Shown: in pieces, positions 22,054 through 34,664 of the stretch
Layout of the letters: each line of letters starts with the position of its first letter
How positions within the stretch are numbered: the first letter of the stretch is position 1
Origin: Symbiopectobacterium sp.
Lineage (GTDB): Bacteria > Pseudomonadota > Gammaproteobacteria > Enterobacterales > Enterobacteriaceae
Direction: 5' to 3'
DNA: 64,000 nt
Assembly: GCF_047692315.1 (NCBI RefSeq)
Contig: NZ_JBLLJS010000019.1
Location: 2,223 to 66,222 of the forward strand
The notes under the pieces: model-generated
Database searches by the model: none
Told to the model about the DNA's origin: nothing
What the model saw: only the letters and a program-made list of their open reading frames with translations
Program-made: the position numbers and the translations under genes

Positions 22054-23273
22054 GCTTGCGGCGCTCCTTCAGTGACGTCTCGGACCATTTCATCGAACAG
22101 TGGGCGTAGCCGCTCTTGCTGCTCAGGCTCCATATTGGTCAGTGCCAGTTTGCGTTCGAAAACGTCGCGTGGCGATAATTCGTCCAGCGTCTCTTTCTTC
22201 TCGCGCGCCATGGCCTGCAAGCGCTGTTCACGGCTGCGCCGTAACAGCAACACATCCACCGGCAATTCTTGCGTTAATTGCTGGATGCGCTGCTGCATAT
22301 CGCTGAGGTAAGTGTCGGTAGCGATTTCAATATCCAGCCAGATGCGCTGCCCCGCTTCTGGCGTCGGAAGGCCTTGCAACTGCTGCGCTATCTCCGCCAG
22401 ATTGCCTTTGATGAGGCGCATCGGTTGTGTCACGGGAACGGGCAGCAGGGTGATCTCCGTAAGCGCGCCTTGCTGGAAATCGAGCAAGGCGACGGATTTT
22501 TCACTGCTAAGCTCATCAAAACTCAGGGCAATGGGGGAACCGCTGTAGCGGATATGCTCGCTGTGTCCCACGCGCTGCGGGCGGTGAATGTGCCCGAGGG
22601 CGATATAGTCGGCAGGCGGAAACGCCTGCACCGGGTAGGCATCCAGCGACCCGATGTAGATATCGCGCACGGCTTCCGAAGCGGTAACGCCCACGGTGGT
22701 CAGGTGTCCGGTAGCTATAATGGGTAAAGGCAACCCCAGCGTTGCGCGTAAGTCGCAGGCGTGCTGGTAGCATTGTGCATAGTGTTCGCTAATGGCGTCT
22801 TGCAAAGCGAGTTTTTTTTCCGCGCCGGATTGGCCTGCCTGACTGCGCAGGATGTCTCGCGGGCGCAGAAAAGGAATGGCGCACAGAACAGCGCCGGGTG
22901 TTCTCTGATGGGTATTGAGCGTAAACACCTGCTGCGCCGGATTCTCGGCGGCGTTGGCGATAAGGCGTGTATTCAGGCACGCCAGCAGATCCCGCGATTC
23001 ATTTAGCGTGGCTACCGCGTCATGGTTACCAGCCAGCAGCACCAACTGGCATCCGGTGCTGCGCAATGCGACAACAAACCGGTTCAGCATTTCGCGCGCA
23101 TAGCTGGGCGGAGAACCGTTATCGAAGATATCACCCGCCACGATCAGCGCATCGACCTGATGTAAGGTAATCTGTGCAATCAGCCAGTCGAGAAACGCTT
23201 GATGTTCCGGCGTGCGACTTTTGGTATAAAAATATTGGCCCAGATGCCAGTCTGCGGTGTGAATGATTCGCAT
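22050..23273 (-). CDS. sbcD: Exonuclease SbcD (Mre11-like nuclease subunit)
   Basis: From the ATG at 23273 the product begins [13 protein letters not shown]...[11 protein letters not shown]...GNHD, showing calcineurin-like phosphoesterase motifs. It is collinear with E. coli SbcD. Confidence 0.92.
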   Translation of the reverse strand: MRIIHTADWHLGQYFYTKSRTPEHQAFLDWLIAQITLHQVDALIVAGDIFDNGSPPSYAREMLNRFVVALRSTGCQLVLLAGNHDAVATLNESRDLLACLNTRLIANAAENPAQQVFTLNTHQRTPGAVLCAIPFLRPRDILRSQAGQSGAEKKLALQDAISEHYAQCYQHACDLRATLGLPLPIIATGHLTTVGVTASEAVRDIYIGSLDAYPVQAFPPADYIALGHIHRPQRVGHSEHIRYSGSPIALSFDELSSEKSVALLDFQQGALTEITLLPVPVTQPMRLIKGNLAEIAQQLQGLPTPEAGQRIWLDIEIATDTYLSDMQQRIQQLTQELPVDVLLLRRSREQRLQAMAREKKETLDELSPRDVFERKLALTNMEPEQQERLRPLFDEMVRDVTEGAPQA

Positions 23274-23397
23274 GGCGTTTCCTGTGAGGCGTACTATCAA
23301 ATGTAGGGCGATTATAAGCAGTGACGGCGGCGGCTGTCGTTATTGCGACGGAAATTTTGGAAACAACGCCTAAACAGGCTGTTACCCGCAGGTTGCG

Positions 23398-23431
23398 TTT
23401 TCATAAATCTGTCATAAAACTGACGCATACT
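23398..23431 (+). promoter_or_regulatory. Pho boxes and -10 element of the phoB promoter
   Basis: The sequence tttTCATAAATCTGTCATAAAACTGACGCATACT nearly matches the E. coli phoB promoter (TTTTCATAAATCTGTCATAAATCTGACGCATAAT, from memory). It lies about 120 nt upstream of the phoB ATG. Confidence 0.75.
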
Positions 23432-23548
23432 GCTTTCGCCCGCAGAAGATTAGCCATTCAGGCTCATATTTTTTACGTAAAGCGGGCTATCGTAAGATTT
23501 CGTTATTGGTTGACGCGTTTCACACGCTGATTAACGGCAGGATCAACA

Positions 23549-24238
23549 ATGGCAAGACGCATACTGGTCGTAGAAGATGAAGCGCCGATTCGTGAAATGG
23601 TGTGCTTCGTGTTAGAGCAAAACGGCTATCAGTCCGTTGAAGCGGAAGATTATGACAGCGCAGTGACGCGTTTGTCTGAACCCTATCCGGATCTGGTGCT
23701 GCTGGACTGGATGCTGCCAGGTGGCTCAGGGTTGCAGTTTATCAAGCACATGAAGCGCGAAGCGCTGACGCGGGATATTCCTGTCATGATGTTGACGGCA
23801 CGCGGAGAAGAGGAAGATCGCGTGCGCGGGCTTGAGGTTGGCGCGGATGATTACATCACCAAGCCTTTTTCCCCCAAAGAGCTGGTCGCGCGCATCAAGG
23901 CGGTGATGCGCCGCATTTCACCGATGGCGGTGGAAGAGGTGATCGAAATGCGTGGCTTGAGCCTGGACCCGACCTCTCACCGCGTTACCACAGAACAGCA
24001 CGCGCTGGAGATGGGGCCGACCGAATTCAAGCTGCTGCATTTTTTTATGACTCACGCGGAGCGCGTTTACAGCCGCGAGCAGTTGCTCAATAACGTTTGG
24101 GGAACTAACGTTTATGTTGAGGATCGTACTGTGGACGTGCATATTCGTCGCTTGCGCAAGGCGCTGGAAACCAGCGGATACGATAAAATGGTGCAAACGG
24201 TCCGGGGAACGGGGTATCTTTTTTCTACGCGTTATTGA
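23549..24238 (+). CDS. phoB: Phosphate regulon response regulator PhoB
   Basis: The 229-aa product begins [17 protein letters not shown] and ends [15 protein letters not shown]. It is collinear with E. coli PhoB. Confidence 0.96.
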   Translation: MARRILVVEDEAPIREMVCFVLEQNGYQSVEAEDYDSAVTRLSEPYPDLVLLDWMLPGGSGLQFIKHMKREALTRDIPVMMLTARGEEEDRVRGLEVGADDYITKPFSPKELVARIKAVMRRISPMAVEEVIEMRGLSLDPTSHRVTTEQHALEMGPTEFKLLHFFMTHAERVYSREQLLNNVWGTNVYVEDRTVDVHIRRLRKALETSGYDKMVQTVRGTGYLFSTRY

Positions 24239-24304
24239 TGTGCGTGTGAGTGATAGCGTGCGCGACATCGTGGCTGAATACCGCCAGAGCGGAGAATTTT
24301 CAAC

Positions 24305-25627
24305 GTGTTAGAACGTCTTTCGTGGAAAAAGCTGGCATCGGAGCTGGCTTTTTTTGGCTTGCCGGCCCTGTTGCTTGGCCTGATTTTCGGCTATCTGCCC
24401 TGGTTTATGCTGGTGGCAGTGGTGGTGGTGCTTGGCTGGAATTATTACAACCAGCTTAAACTCTCCTACTGGCTGTGGGTCGATCGCAGCATGACGCCAC
24501 CGCCCGGGCGTTGGAGTTGGGAGCCGTTGTTTTACGGTCTGTATCAGATGCAACTGCGTAATCGGCGGCGGCGGCGTGAGTTGGCCCTGCTGATCAAACG
24601 TTTTCGCAGCGGTGCCGAGTCGCTGCCGGACGGCGTCGTGATTACCACCGAAGAGGGCACCATCATCTGGTGCAACGGACTGTCGCAGCATTTGCTCAGT
24701 CTGCGCTGGCCGGAGGATAACGGTCAGAATATCCTCAACTTGCTGCGCTATCCCGAGTTCACCCAATACATGCGTCAGCAGGATTTTAGCCGAGCACTGA
24801 CCCTGCAACTGATCAATTCTCACCATGTCGAATTCCGCGTTATGCCTTATTCGGAAGGGCAATTATTGATGGTGGTGCGCGATATTACGCAGATGCATCA
24901 ACTGGAAGGCGCACGGCGTAGTTTCTTCGCCAATGTCAGCCATGAATTACGCACCCCGCTCACCGTGCTGCAAGGCTATCTGGAGATGATGCAGGACGAT
25001 TCGTTGGACGGTGCCTTACGCAGCAAGGCACTTTCTACCATGCAGGAACAGACGCGGCGCATGGATGGGTTAGTGAAACAGTTGCTCACGTTATCAAAAA
25101 TTGAAGCGGCGGCACCGATTAATCTGGCGGAAAAGGTCGATGTGCCACGCATGCTGCGCATACTGCAACGTGAAGCGCAGACGCTGAGTCAGGATCGCCA
25201 CGAAATCGTGTTCCGCATTAACGATGGGTTACGCGTTTATGGCAATGAAGAACAGTTGCACAGCGCCTTTTCCAATTTGGTGTACAACGCGGTTAATCAC
25301 ACACCGGAAGGCACGCGTATTGAAGTGTGCTGGCAAAAAATCACGCAGGGAGCGCAGTTTCAGGTCAGCGATAATGGCCCTGGTATTGCCGCAGAGCACA
25401 TCCCACGCCTGACAGAGCGTTTTTATCGCGTTGATAAAGCACGTTCGCGCCAAACGGGCGGCAGCGGGTTGGGGCTGGCGATTGTTAAACATGCACTCAG
25501 CCACCATGACTCGCGGCTTGAGATTCTCAGTGAACCGGGTGCCGGCGCGCGCTTTATGTTTACTCTGCTGAACCGGTTGATTGTCCCTGCCCCTCTGTCG
25601 GAAAATAGCACCACCCCTTCGGCCTGA
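24305..25627 (+). CDS. phoR: Phosphate regulon sensor histidine kinase PhoR
   Basis: The start is GTG. The product begins [10 protein letters not shown] and includes [12 protein letters not shown], the H-box [16 protein letters not shown], and the N and G boxes. It is collinear with E. coli PhoR. Confidence 0.95.
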   Translation: MLERLSWKKLASELAFFGLPALLLGLIFGYLPWFMLVAVVVVLGWNYYNQLKLSYWLWVDRSMTPPPGRWSWEPLFYGLYQMQLRNRRRRRELALLIKRFRSGAESLPDGVVITTEEGTIIWCNGLSQHLLSLRWPEDNGQNILNLLRYPEFTQYMRQQDFSRALTLQLINSHHVEFRVMPYSEGQLLMVVRDITQMHQLEGARRSFFANVSHELRTPLTVLQGYLEMMQDDSLDGALRSKALSTMQEQTRRMDGLVKQLLTLSKIEAAAPINLAEKVDVPRMLRILQREAQTLSQDRHEIVFRINDGLRVYGNEEQLHSAFSNLVYNAVNHTPEGTRIEVCWQKITQGAQFQVSDNGPGIAAEHIPRLTERFYRVDKARSRQTGGSGLGLAIVKHALSHHDSRLEILSEPGAGARFMFTLLNRLIVPAPLSENSTTPSA

Positions 25628-25641
25628 TGGATATCTGACCT

Positions 25642-26481
25642 ATGACGCCAGCCCCGCGTTCTTCGGGTTTATTGCTCTGTACTGTGCTGCTGTTGCTCAG
25701 TGGCTGGAGCCATATTGCACGCAGTGAGCAAATGCTGGCAGGTAATCTGTCCAGTGCAGGGTCCGATACCCTGGCGACCTTAATGGCATTTTGGGCCGCA
25801 GATTTCAACCAGCATTATCTCAGCGTCAATGTGCAGATGCAGGCGGCGGGATCGTCATCAGCGCCGACAGCGCTGGCCTCTGGTGCGGCGCAACTCGGCC
25901 CCATGAGCCGTGCCATGAAGACGAGTGAGATTGAGGCGTTTGTGCAACGCTACGGTTATCCTCCGCTGGCCGTTCCGGTGGCGGTGGATGCGCTGGTGGT
26001 GCTGGTCAATCAGGATAACCCGTTGCCGGGCTTGAACCTGCAACAGCTTGATGCGCTTTTTCAATTACCCACCGCTGTGGGGCGATGCAAACCGTCACCC
26101 ATTGGCGCGATCTCGGGCTGACGGGGGAGTGGGGGCCGCGTCGCGTGCTGCGCTATGGGCGCAATTCGGCGTCAGGCACTTATGGGTTTTTTAAGCAGCA
26201 GGCGCTGTGCGGCGGTGATTTTTTACCTCAGGTGAACGAGTTACCTGGCTCTGCCTCAGTGGTGCAGGCGGTGGCAACGTCTAATCAGGCGATTGGTTAT
26301 GCCAGTATCGGTTTTCGCGCCAGCGGTGTGAAAATGCTGCCACTGGCGGCACAAGGCGAGGCGTATGTTGCACCGACGGTAGATAACATTCGCAGCGGGC
26401 GTTATCCTTATGCGCGTTACCTCTATATTTATGTAAACAAAGCACCGGAACGTGCGCTGGATAGCCTGACGGCTGCCTTAA
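25642..26481 (+). pseudogene. PstS-family phosphate-binding periplasmic protein, frameshifted and 3'-truncated
   Basis: The fragments are 25642..26121 (signal peptide, [32 protein letters not shown]) and 26085..26504 ([10 protein letters not shown]...YGRNSASGTYGFF...IRSGRYPYARYLYIYVNK). The shift coincides with the T5 run at 26057..26061. The C-terminal end is missing, and the sequence runs into the metE-like fragment. Confidence 0.8.
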
Positions 26482-26985
26482 CGCCAGATTCGCGAACGTG
26501 GTGAAGATCCTGAGCAACTGGCGCGTACCTATGCCGATGTGCTGAATAAAGCGCTGGTGGGTAAACCCGCCGATTTGGTGATTGGTTTGCACGTATGTCG
26601 CGGTAACTTCCGGTCTACCTGGATTTCAGAAGGCGGGTATGAGCCGGTGGCACCGATCCTGTTTGGCGAAGTCAACGTGGATGAGTTTTTCCTCGAGTAC
26701 GATAATGATCGCTCAGGCGGGTTCGAGCCGCTGCGTTTCATCAAACCGGGACACCAGCAGGTAGTGCTGGGTCTGGTGACCACCAAAAATGGCGAGTTGG
26801 AAGATCCGGCATTGCTGAAGGCACGCATCGCGGAAGCGGCGAAATATGTCGATATCAAACAACTCTGCCTCAGCCCGCAGTGTGGCTTTGCCTCCACGGA
26901 AGAGGGCAACAGCCTGACAGAAGCACAGCAGTGGGCCAAGCTGCGTCTGGTCGTCGATACCGCTGCCGACGTTTGGGGCAAGTAA
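26482..26985 (+). pseudogene. 3' fragment (about 165 codons) of a cobalamin-independent methionine synthase (MetE C-terminal domain-like, YxjG-type) gene
   Basis: The frame-1 translation begins RQIRERGEDPEQLARTYADVLNKALVGKPADLVIGLHVCRGNFRSTWISEGGYEPV and includes FLEYDNDRSGGFEPLRF and LSPQCGFASTEEGN. These are typical of the MetE-like family C-terminal half. The frame opens immediately after a TAA at 26479..26481 and has no N-terminal half. Confidence 0.7.
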
Positions 26986-27449
26986 CGCACCATTGCGCAA
27001 CATCGGGGAAGGTTAATCTGCTATCCCCGCTTTACGCTAGACGCCCCGTGGTGGGGCGTCAAAATATGAAAGCTGTGCTCACACCACTTACCGCGCAATC
27101 ACCTGCTTCTTTCCCCTTCTCCCAGCAAAAAGCGCTTCTTATGCTGCTACGCTGCCTCTTTTATGTTCGTTTTGCGCGTATCGCGCGTTTTTATACTGGT
27201 TTTATTGCAAAGGAAAGGCGTTAAATGCACAAATCATGTGCGGGTGGTTGTGCGAGTAGTGATATTATTATCTGACTATTGTTGTTAGATTGGCGCAATA
27301 CTCCGCATTTTGGATCACTACTTGTCTTTTATTACTATAAACGTTTTACTTAACGCCCTATAACGTCTGCGCGATAAGAATAATTTATACCACGCCGCAA
27401 TTCGCTTCCTAATTTTGTCGCATTTTTATACAGGCAACACAACGTAACT

Positions 27450-28769
27450 ATGAGTCATCGTTTAACATCCAAAGATATTGTGGCGCTGGGGTTTATGACC
27501 TTTGCGCTGTTTGTTGGGGCGGGAAACATCATTTTTCCGCCGATTGTTGGCTTGCAAGCCGGTGAACACGTCTGGACGGCAGCGCTTGGCTTCCTGCTTA
27601 CCGCCGTGGGCCTACCGGTGTTGACCGTGGTGGCGCTGGCACGCGTGGGCGGCGGCGTGGATGCCCTAAGTTCCCCCATAGGCCAGAAAGCAGGCGTTCT
27701 GCTGGCGACTGTGTGTTATCTGGCAGTTGGGCCGCTGTTCGCCACACCGCGTACTGCTACCGTATCGTTCGAAGTGGGATTGGCTCCGCTGTTTGGCGAT
27801 GCCGCCACGCCGTTGCTGATCTATAGGGTGGTCTATTTTGCGCTGGTGATCGGCATTTCTCTCTATCCGGGGCGCCTGCTCGATACGGTGGGCCATGTGC
27901 TGGCACCGTTAAAAATTCTGGCGCTGGCGGTGTTAGGGTTTGCTGCATTGTTGTGGCCTGCGGGTTCGCCGATCCCGGCGACCGATGCCTACCAAACCGT
28001 GCCGTTTTCTAATGGCTTTTTGAACGGTTACCTGACCATGGACACCCTGGGTGCGATGGTGTTCGGGATCGTCATCGTCAATGCCGCCCGTTCGCGTGGT
28101 GTAAAAGATGCTACGCTGCTGACCCGCTACACCATTTGGGCTGGGCTGATTGCCGGTGTAGGGCTGACGCTGGTCTACCTGAGCCTGTTCAAACTGGGCT
28201 CAGTGAGCGGTGAGCTGATTCCTAATGCGCAAAACGGGGCGGAAATCCTGCATGCCTATGTACAGCACACCTTTGGCAGCATGGGTAGCGGCTTCCTGGC
28301 TCTGCTGATTTTTATTGCCTGTATGGTGACTGCGGTTGGCCTGACCTGTGCCTGTGCTGAATTTTTCTCCCAATATCTGCCGTTTTCCTATCGCACGCTG
28401 GTGTTTGTACTGGGTGGTTTTTCGGCGCTGGTGGCAAATCTGGGATTAAGTCACTTGATTCAGCTTTCCATTCCGGTGCTGACAGCCATCTATCCACCCT
28501 GTATCATTCTGGTTTTGCTGAGTTTTACTCTGCGCTGGTGGAATCAGGCTTCCCGTATTGTGGCCCCGGTCATGTTAATCAGCCTGTTATTCGGCCTGAT
28601 TGATGGGGTAAAATCATCGACCTTTGCGTCATGGCTGCCAGCCTGGAGCCTGAACTTGCCTTTAGGTGAACAGGGATTGGCCTGGTTGCCGCCCTCGCTG
28701 GTGGTGATGTTGGCTTCGGTTATTTATGACCGGCTGAGCGGGCGTCAGGAAGTGACTGCGCACCAATAA
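27450..28769 (+). CDS. brnQ: Branched-chain amino acid transport system II carrier BrnQ
   Basis: The 439-aa product is collinear with E. coli BrnQ ([32 protein letters not shown]...). Confidence 0.95.
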   Translation: MSHRLTSKDIVALGFMTFALFVGAGNIIFPPIVGLQAGEHVWTAALGFLLTAVGLPVLTVVALARVGGGVDALSSPIGQKAGVLLATVCYLAVGPLFATPRTATVSFEVGLAPLFGDAATPLLIYRVVYFALVIGISLYPGRLLDTVGHVLAPLKILALAVLGFAALLWPAGSPIPATDAYQTVPFSNGFLNGYLTMDTLGAMVFGIVIVNAARSRGVKDATLLTRYTIWAGLIAGVGLTLVYLSLFKLGSVSGELIPNAQNGAEILHAYVQHTFGSMGSGFLALLIFIACMVTAVGLTCACAEFFSQYLPFSYRTLVFVLGGFSALVANLGLSHLIQLSIPVLTAIYPPCIILVLLSFTLRWWNQASRIVAPVMLISLLFGLIDGVKSSTFASWLPAWSLNLPLGEQGLAWLPPSLVVMLASVIYDRLSGRQEVTAHQ

Positions 28770-28790
28770 CGCATTAACGCTGCATTTTTC

Positions 28791-28817
28791 ACCACAGGCT
28801 AGCGCCTGTGGTTTTTC
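28791..28817 (+). terminator. Intrinsic terminator after brnQ
   Basis: The stem is accacaggc and gcctgtggt around loop tagc, followed by ttttt. Confidence 0.8.
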
Positions 28818-28843
28818 TTTTGTGAGACAGGGCTGCTTAATTT

Positions 28844-30203
28844 ATGGAACAACAATCCGCTAAGCTAAAGCGTGGGTTAAGCACGCGGCATATCCGCTTC
28901 ATTGCGCTCGGGTCGGCTATTGGTACTGGCCTGTTCTATGGCTCGGCCAGCGCCATTCAGATAGCAGGGTCGAGCGTGCTGTTGGCATATATTATTGGCG
29001 GCGTCATCGCCTATATCATTATGCGGGCGCTGGGAGAGATGTCTGTTAACAACTCGCAGGCCAGCTCCTTTTCCCGCTATGCGCAGGATTATCTGGGGCC
29101 GATGGCGGGCTACATCACCGGGTGGACGTACTGCTTCGAGATCCTCATCGTCTCCATTGCTGACGTGACTGCGTTTGGCATCTATATGAGCGTCTGGTTC
29201 CCTGACGTGCCGCACTGGATCTGGGTGCTGAGCGTGGTGCTGATTATTGGTGCCATCAACCTGATGAGCGTGAAGGTGTTCGGTGAGCTGGAGTTTTGGC
29301 TCTCTTTCTTCAAGGTCGCAACCATCATCATCATGATCGTAGCGGGTATCGGGATTATCGTTTGGGGTATCGGTAATGGCGGTCAGCCAACCGGGATCAG
29401 CAATCTGTGGAACCACGGTGGTTTCTTCAGTAACGGCGTGATGGGCATGGTCCTGTCGCTACAACTGGTGATGTTCGCCTACGGCGGTATTGAAATTATC
29501 GGTATCACCGCAGGCGAAGCCAAAGATCCGCATAAATCCATTCCGCGCGTGATTAACTCGGTGCCGTGGCGTATTCTGGTGTTCTATGTCGGTACGCTGT
29601 TTGTCATCATGTCTATTTATCCCTGGAATCAGGTGGGCACCAACGGTAGCCCGTTTGTGCTGACGTTCCAGCATCTTGGTATCACGGCGGCTGCGGGCAT
29701 TCTGAATTTTGTGGTGATTACCGCTTCAGCGACGTGTTTGGCGTGGGCCGCATGATGCACGGCATGGCAGAGCAGGGCAATGCGCCCAAGGTATTTGCCA
29801 AGGTGTCGCAGCGCGGTATTCCGTGGGTCACGGTCGTCGTGATGATGGCGGCGCTGCTGGTGGAGGTTTACCTCAACTATATTATGCCGGGCAAAGTGTT
29901 CCTGTGATCGCATCACTGGCGACGTTCGCAACAGTGTGGGTGTGGATTATGATTCTTTGCTCGCAAATTGTGTTCCGCCGTCGTTTGAGCGAAAACGAGG
30001 TGAAGGCGCTGGCTTTCCCGCTGCCGGGTGGCGTGGCTGCTTCGGTGGTGGGTATCGTGTTCCTGGTGTTCATTATCGGACTGATTGGCTACTTTGAGGA
30101 AATGCGCATTTCCCTTTATGTGGGCGTGCTGTGGATTGCCTTGCTGCTGATAGGCTATGCCTTTAAACAGAAACGGCAGAAGCTGGCGAATGACAACGCG
30201 TAA
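28844..30203 (+). pseudogene. proY: Proline-specific permease ProY (APC family), two frameshifts
   Basis: Fragment 28844..29755 is collinear with E. coli ProY up to VVITAS. About 16 nt (codons for LSAIN plus 1 nt) are missing at about 29728..29731. The middle frame then reads [16 protein letters not shown]...[12 protein letters not shown] 1-nt deletion at about 29904/29905 (ctg[g]tgatc) leads into 29823..30203, which reads [18 protein letters not shown] and so on. Confidence 0.9.
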
Positions 30204-30226
30204 GCGCGGTTGAGCTGCAATGATAT

Positions 30227-30252
30227 AACGGGGCGGAAAGGCCCCGTTTTTT
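30227..30252 (+). terminator. Intrinsic terminator after proY
   Basis: The stem is aacggggc and gccccgtt around loop ggaaag, followed by tttttt. Confidence 0.8.
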
Positions 30253-30272
30253 ATTGCCAGCGTTCAGCTAAT

Positions 30273-30303
30273 AAAAAAGCCGACTGCATGCAGTCGGCTT
30301 TTT
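30273..30303. terminator. Bidirectional intrinsic terminator (serves the minus-strand peroxiredoxin gene)
   Basis: The sequence is aaaaaa, then gccgactgca, then tgcagtcggc, then ttttt. This is a perfect 20-bp palindrome flanked by an A-run and a T-run. Confidence 0.8.
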
Positions 30304-30322
30304 GTTGCGGAGCAGAGGGCGA

Positions 30323-30925
30323 TTACAGCTTGTCTGCGTTTTCCGCCAGGTATTTGGCGACTCCATCCGGGGAAGCGCCCATGCCGGATTTGCCTTTTTC
30401 CCACTGTGCCGGGCACACTTCGCCGCGCTCTTCGTGGAATTGCAGTGCATCGACCATACGCAGCATTTCATCAATGTTGCGGCCCAGCGGCAGATCATTC
30501 ACGACCTGATGGCGAACTACGCCTTCTTTGTCGATCAGGAAAGAGCCGCGCAGTGCAACGCCTGCGTCCGGGTGCTCAATGCCGTAGGCTTTCTGAATTT
30601 CACGTTTTACGTCGGCGACCATGGCGTATTGCACCGGGCCGATACCGCCGCTTTTCACCGGCATGTTGCGCCAGGCGTTGTGTACGAATTCGGAGTCAAA
30701 AGAGACGCCAATCACTTCCACGCCACGATCTTGAAACTCTTTGTAGCGATGGTCGAAGGCGATCAGCTCTGAGGGGCAAACGAAGGTAAAGTCCATCGGC
30801 CAGAAGAAAATTACTGCCGCTTTACCGCTGATGTGTTTTTTCAGGTTGAAGTTTTCAACGATTTCGCCGTTGCCCAATACGGCAGCAGCGGTGAAGTCAG
30901 GGGCTTGACGCGTTACCAGGACCAT
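30323..30925 (-). CDS. Typical 2-Cys peroxiredoxin (AhpC/Tsa family)
   Basis: From the ATG at 30925, which follows an AGGAG RBS, the product is 200 aa. The peroxidatic Cys lies in FFWPMDFTFVCPSE and the resolving Cys in GEVCPAQW. Confidence 0.88.
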   Translation of the reverse strand: MVLVTRQAPDFTAAAVLGNGEIVENFNLKKHISGKAAVIFFWPMDFTFVCPSELIAFDHRYKEFQDRGVEVIGVSFDSEFVHNAWRNMPVKSGGIGPVQYAMVADVKREIQKAYGIEHPDAGVALRGSFLIDKEGVVRHQVVNDLPLGRNIDEMLRMVDALQFHEERGEVCPAQWEKGKSGMGASPDGVAKYLAENADKL

Positions 30926-31080
30926 AATAACTCCTGTAAAAGTGATTAAAGGGGAAGAGGATCCAAAAACAACAAGCAGTATAGGGTTTCTTTGCTTGTG
31001 AATACAGACCAACAGACCGATTGATGAGATAGGTTTTGTCTATTGAATTGATTGGTGATACCCAACAGAAATCGACAGCT

Positions 31081-31662
31081 TTATAGCTGTTGCAAGCGAG
31101 CCTGCTCCATCATGTGCGGGTAGAAGCACCAGAAATAGTCTTCAAAAGCCGCATAATGCCGCTCGATATCCTCAAATGAGCCTGCTAATGCCGCTAACCG
31201 GGGGCGCCTTAGCGCCATACGCCGCAGCACATCGGCAATAAAGGACAGTTCCGCGTAGCGCTTTAGCCAGCGTTCACGCCATAAATAGTGGTTCAGATTC
31301 TGAAACCGCTCCGGGGTGTGCGCCAGGTGAGGTTCTATCTGGGCGCGGGCGGTGTCGACAAATGCCTCCAGCGACTGCTGCGGATGCACGCGCGACCAGT
31401 GACGGGCAAGAAAATGGTCCCACAGCACGTCCAGCGTGATAGGGGCCACGCGGCGGTAATCTGCGCTGAAATGGGCGGCGGCGGCTTTCACTTCGGTCTG
31501 GCTGTCCGTCAGCACATCAATGCGGCGGTGCAGACGAATGCCGGACACCACGTCATCGCTAAAGCCCTGCTGCGGGTTGCCGCGCACAAAGTCTGCCATC
31601 AGGTTGCCGAGAAGAGAGCTATCGGCTAGCGTGGCCAGGTGAAGATGAGCAAGAAAATTCAT
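31081..31662 (-). CDS. acpH: Acyl carrier protein phosphodiesterase AcpH
   Basis: The 193-aa product begins [10 protein letters not shown]...ADFVRGNP...HRRIDVLTD...[15 protein letters not shown]. It is collinear with E. coli AcpH. Confidence 0.92.
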   Translation of the reverse strand: MNFLAHLHLATLADSSLLGNLMADFVRGNPQQGFSDDVVSGIRLHRRIDVLTDSQTEVKAAAAHFSADYRRVAPITLDVLWDHFLARHWSRVHPQQSLEAFVDTARAQIEPHLAHTPERFQNLNHYLWRERWLKRYAELSFIADVLRRMALRRPRLAALAGSFEDIERHYAAFEDYFWCFYPHMMEQARLQQL

Positions 31663-31818
31663 TCTGCCAGTTTACATCAATTTCGTGCACTGTTCGCTTA
31701 TTTGTTGCAGCCGCGCGCGCGCGGCTCTAGACTAGACCGCTGTTTTTTTACCTGTTCCGTTTTTTACCCGTTATTGGTCAGGAACGATTTTTCAAATAGC
31801 ACAACCAAGTGAATAGCC

Positions 31819-32907
31819 ATGCGAGTCTCTGATTTTTCGTTTGAACTTCCCGAAGCGCTCATTGCGCACTATCCGCAAGCGCAGCGTAGCGGTTGCCGAT
31901 TGCTGTCGCTGGACGGTCCGACGGGAACCCTGACCCATGGTGTTTTCACCAATCTGCTGGATAAGCTGGCTCCTGGCGATCTGCTGGTGTTTAACAATAC
32001 GCGCGTCATCCCTGCACGCCTGTTCGGCCAAAAGGCCAGCGGTGGCAAGATTGAAGTGCTAGTTGAGCGCATACTGGATACGCAGCTCGTGCTGGCCCAT
32101 GTCAAAGCCTCCAAGGCTCCGAAGCCGGGAACTGAACTGTTGCTGGGAGAAGACGGCAGCGTGAAGGCCGTTATGGAGCAGCGCCACGATGCGCTGTTTG
32201 AGCTGCACTTTGATGATACGCGTGATGTGCTGACGATATTAAACGACATCGGCCATATGCCGCTGCCGCCTTATATTGACCGACCGGATGAAGACGCCGA
32301 TCGCGAACTGTACCAGACGGTGTATAGCCAACGCCCTGGCGCGGTGGCTGCGCCGACGGCAGGCCTGCACTTTGATGACCCGCTGCTGGCGGCGCTGCGC
32401 GAGAAGGGCATCGAGATGGCATTTGTGACTTTGCACGTCGGCGCTGGCACCTTCCAGCCTGTGCGAGTCGATACCATCGAAGATCACATCATGCATGCAG
32501 AGTATGCTGAAGTGCCGCAGGATGTGGTGGATGCAGTGCTGGCGTGTAAAGCGCGTGGTAATCGCGTGATTGCCGTTGGCACCACGTCGGTGCGCTCGTT
32601 AGAGAGTGCGGCACAGGCCGCGCCAGACACGCTGATCGCACCTTTCTTCGGTGATACCCGCATTTTTATCTATCCCGGCTATCATTATCGCGTGATCGAC
32701 GCACTGGTGACGAACTTCCATTTGCCGGAGTCAACGCTGATCATGCTGGTGTCCGCTTTCGCGGGCTACCAGTACACCATGGCGGCTTACCGAGCGGCGG
32801 TAACCGAGCAGTATCGCTTTTTCAGCTACGGTGACGCCATGTTTATTACGCGCAATCCTGCTGCCGAGACGGAAACGGTCGACAGTGCGGCGGACAACTG
32901 CGCTTAA
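31819..32907 (+). CDS. queA: S-adenosylmethionine:tRNA ribosyltransferase-isomerase QueA
   Basis: The 362-aa product begins [19 protein letters not shown] and includes [10 protein letters not shown] and [11 protein letters not shown]. Confidence 0.95.
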   Translation: MRVSDFSFELPEALIAHYPQAQRSGCRLLSLDGPTGTLTHGVFTNLLDKLAPGDLLVFNNTRVIPARLFGQKASGGKIEVLVERILDTQLVLAHVKASKAPKPGTELLLGEDGSVKAVMEQRHDALFELHFDDTRDVLTILNDIGHMPLPPYIDRPDEDADRELYQTVYSQRPGAVAAPTAGLHFDDPLLAALREKGIEMAFVTLHVGAGTFQPVRVDTIEDHIMHAEYAEVPQDVVDAVLACKARGNRVIAVGTTSVRSLESAAQAAPDTLIAPFFGDTRIFIYPGYHYRVIDALVTNFHLPESTLIMLVSAFAGYQYTMAAYRAAVTEQYRFFSYGDAMFITRNPAAETETVDSAADNCA

Positions 32908-32930
32908 GTACCTTAAAAGCAAAAGCATAA

Positions 32931-34160
<1,230 letters not shown>

Positions 34161-34304
34161 CGGGCAGATTTGGCCGCGCCGCGTCGCGAGTGATAGGTGC
34201 GGCGCGTGCGATGTGAAGGTTTGATGTAACGCTTTTTAAGCGCACCGTTTTCTTACGTTTGTTTTTTTGAACACGTTTGGTTTGATAACAAAGAGGATAT
34301 TTCA

Positions 34305-34637
34305 ATGAGTCTTTTCATTTCCGATGCTGTAGCAGCAACCGGCGCTTCGGCACAGGGAAGTCCGTACTCTCTGGTGATTATGCTGGCTGTTTTTGGTCTG
34401 ATTTTTTACTTCATGATTCTGCGTCCTCAGCAAAAGCGCGCAAAAGATCACAAGAAACTGATGGACTCCATCTCCAAAGGGGATGAAGTGCTGACGACGG
34501 GCGGTCTGGTGGGCCGTGTGACGAAAGTATCTGATACCGGGTACATCGCCATTGCGCTGAACGACACCAATGAAGTGGTTATCAAACGTGATTTCGTGGC
34601 TGCTGTGTTGCCGAAGGGTACCATCAAAGCCCTGTAA
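34305..34637 (+). CDS. yajC: Preprotein translocase subunit YajC
   Basis: The 110-aa product begins MSLFISDAVAATGA, includes FYFMILRPQQKR, and ends VAAVLPKGTIKAL. Confidence 0.95.
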   Translation: MSLFISDAVAATGASAQGSPYSLVIMLAVFGLIFYFMILRPQQKRAKDHKKLMDSISKGDEVLTTGGLVGRVTKVSDTGYIAIALNDTNEVVIKRDFVAAVLPKGTIKAL

Positions 34638-34664
34638 TTTTTGATTTTCCCGAAGGGAACTGCC

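Noticed and set aside
13029-26061. Whether the single-base frameshifts at short T or C runs (about 13030, about 13120, 17622..17627 and 26057..26061) prove pseudogenisation.
   Set aside because: I do not reject them as lesions, but I do not count them as independent strong evidence, because homopolymer indels are the commonest assembly or polishing error. The 8-bp and 11-bp duplications, the roughly 16-nt and roughly 234-nt deletions, and the nonsense codons are the robust evidence for real decay.
26880-27449. A 114-aa ORF (26880..27224) and a hairpin, gacgccccgtggtggggcgtc, in the spacer upstream of brnQ.
   Set aside because: The ORF overlaps the metE-like fragment out of frame and then runs into non-coding sequence with no recognisable product. 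The hairpin lacks a U-tract. At most it is a remnant terminator of the metE-like gene.
31709-31726. A perfect 18-bp GC palindrome, agccgcgcgcgcgcggct, containing an alternating CG tract. It lies in the divergent acpH-queA promoter region.
   Set aside because: It is a single short palindrome with no repeat copies elsewhere in the window and no known operator consensus. It is probably incidental or a small REP-like hairpin.
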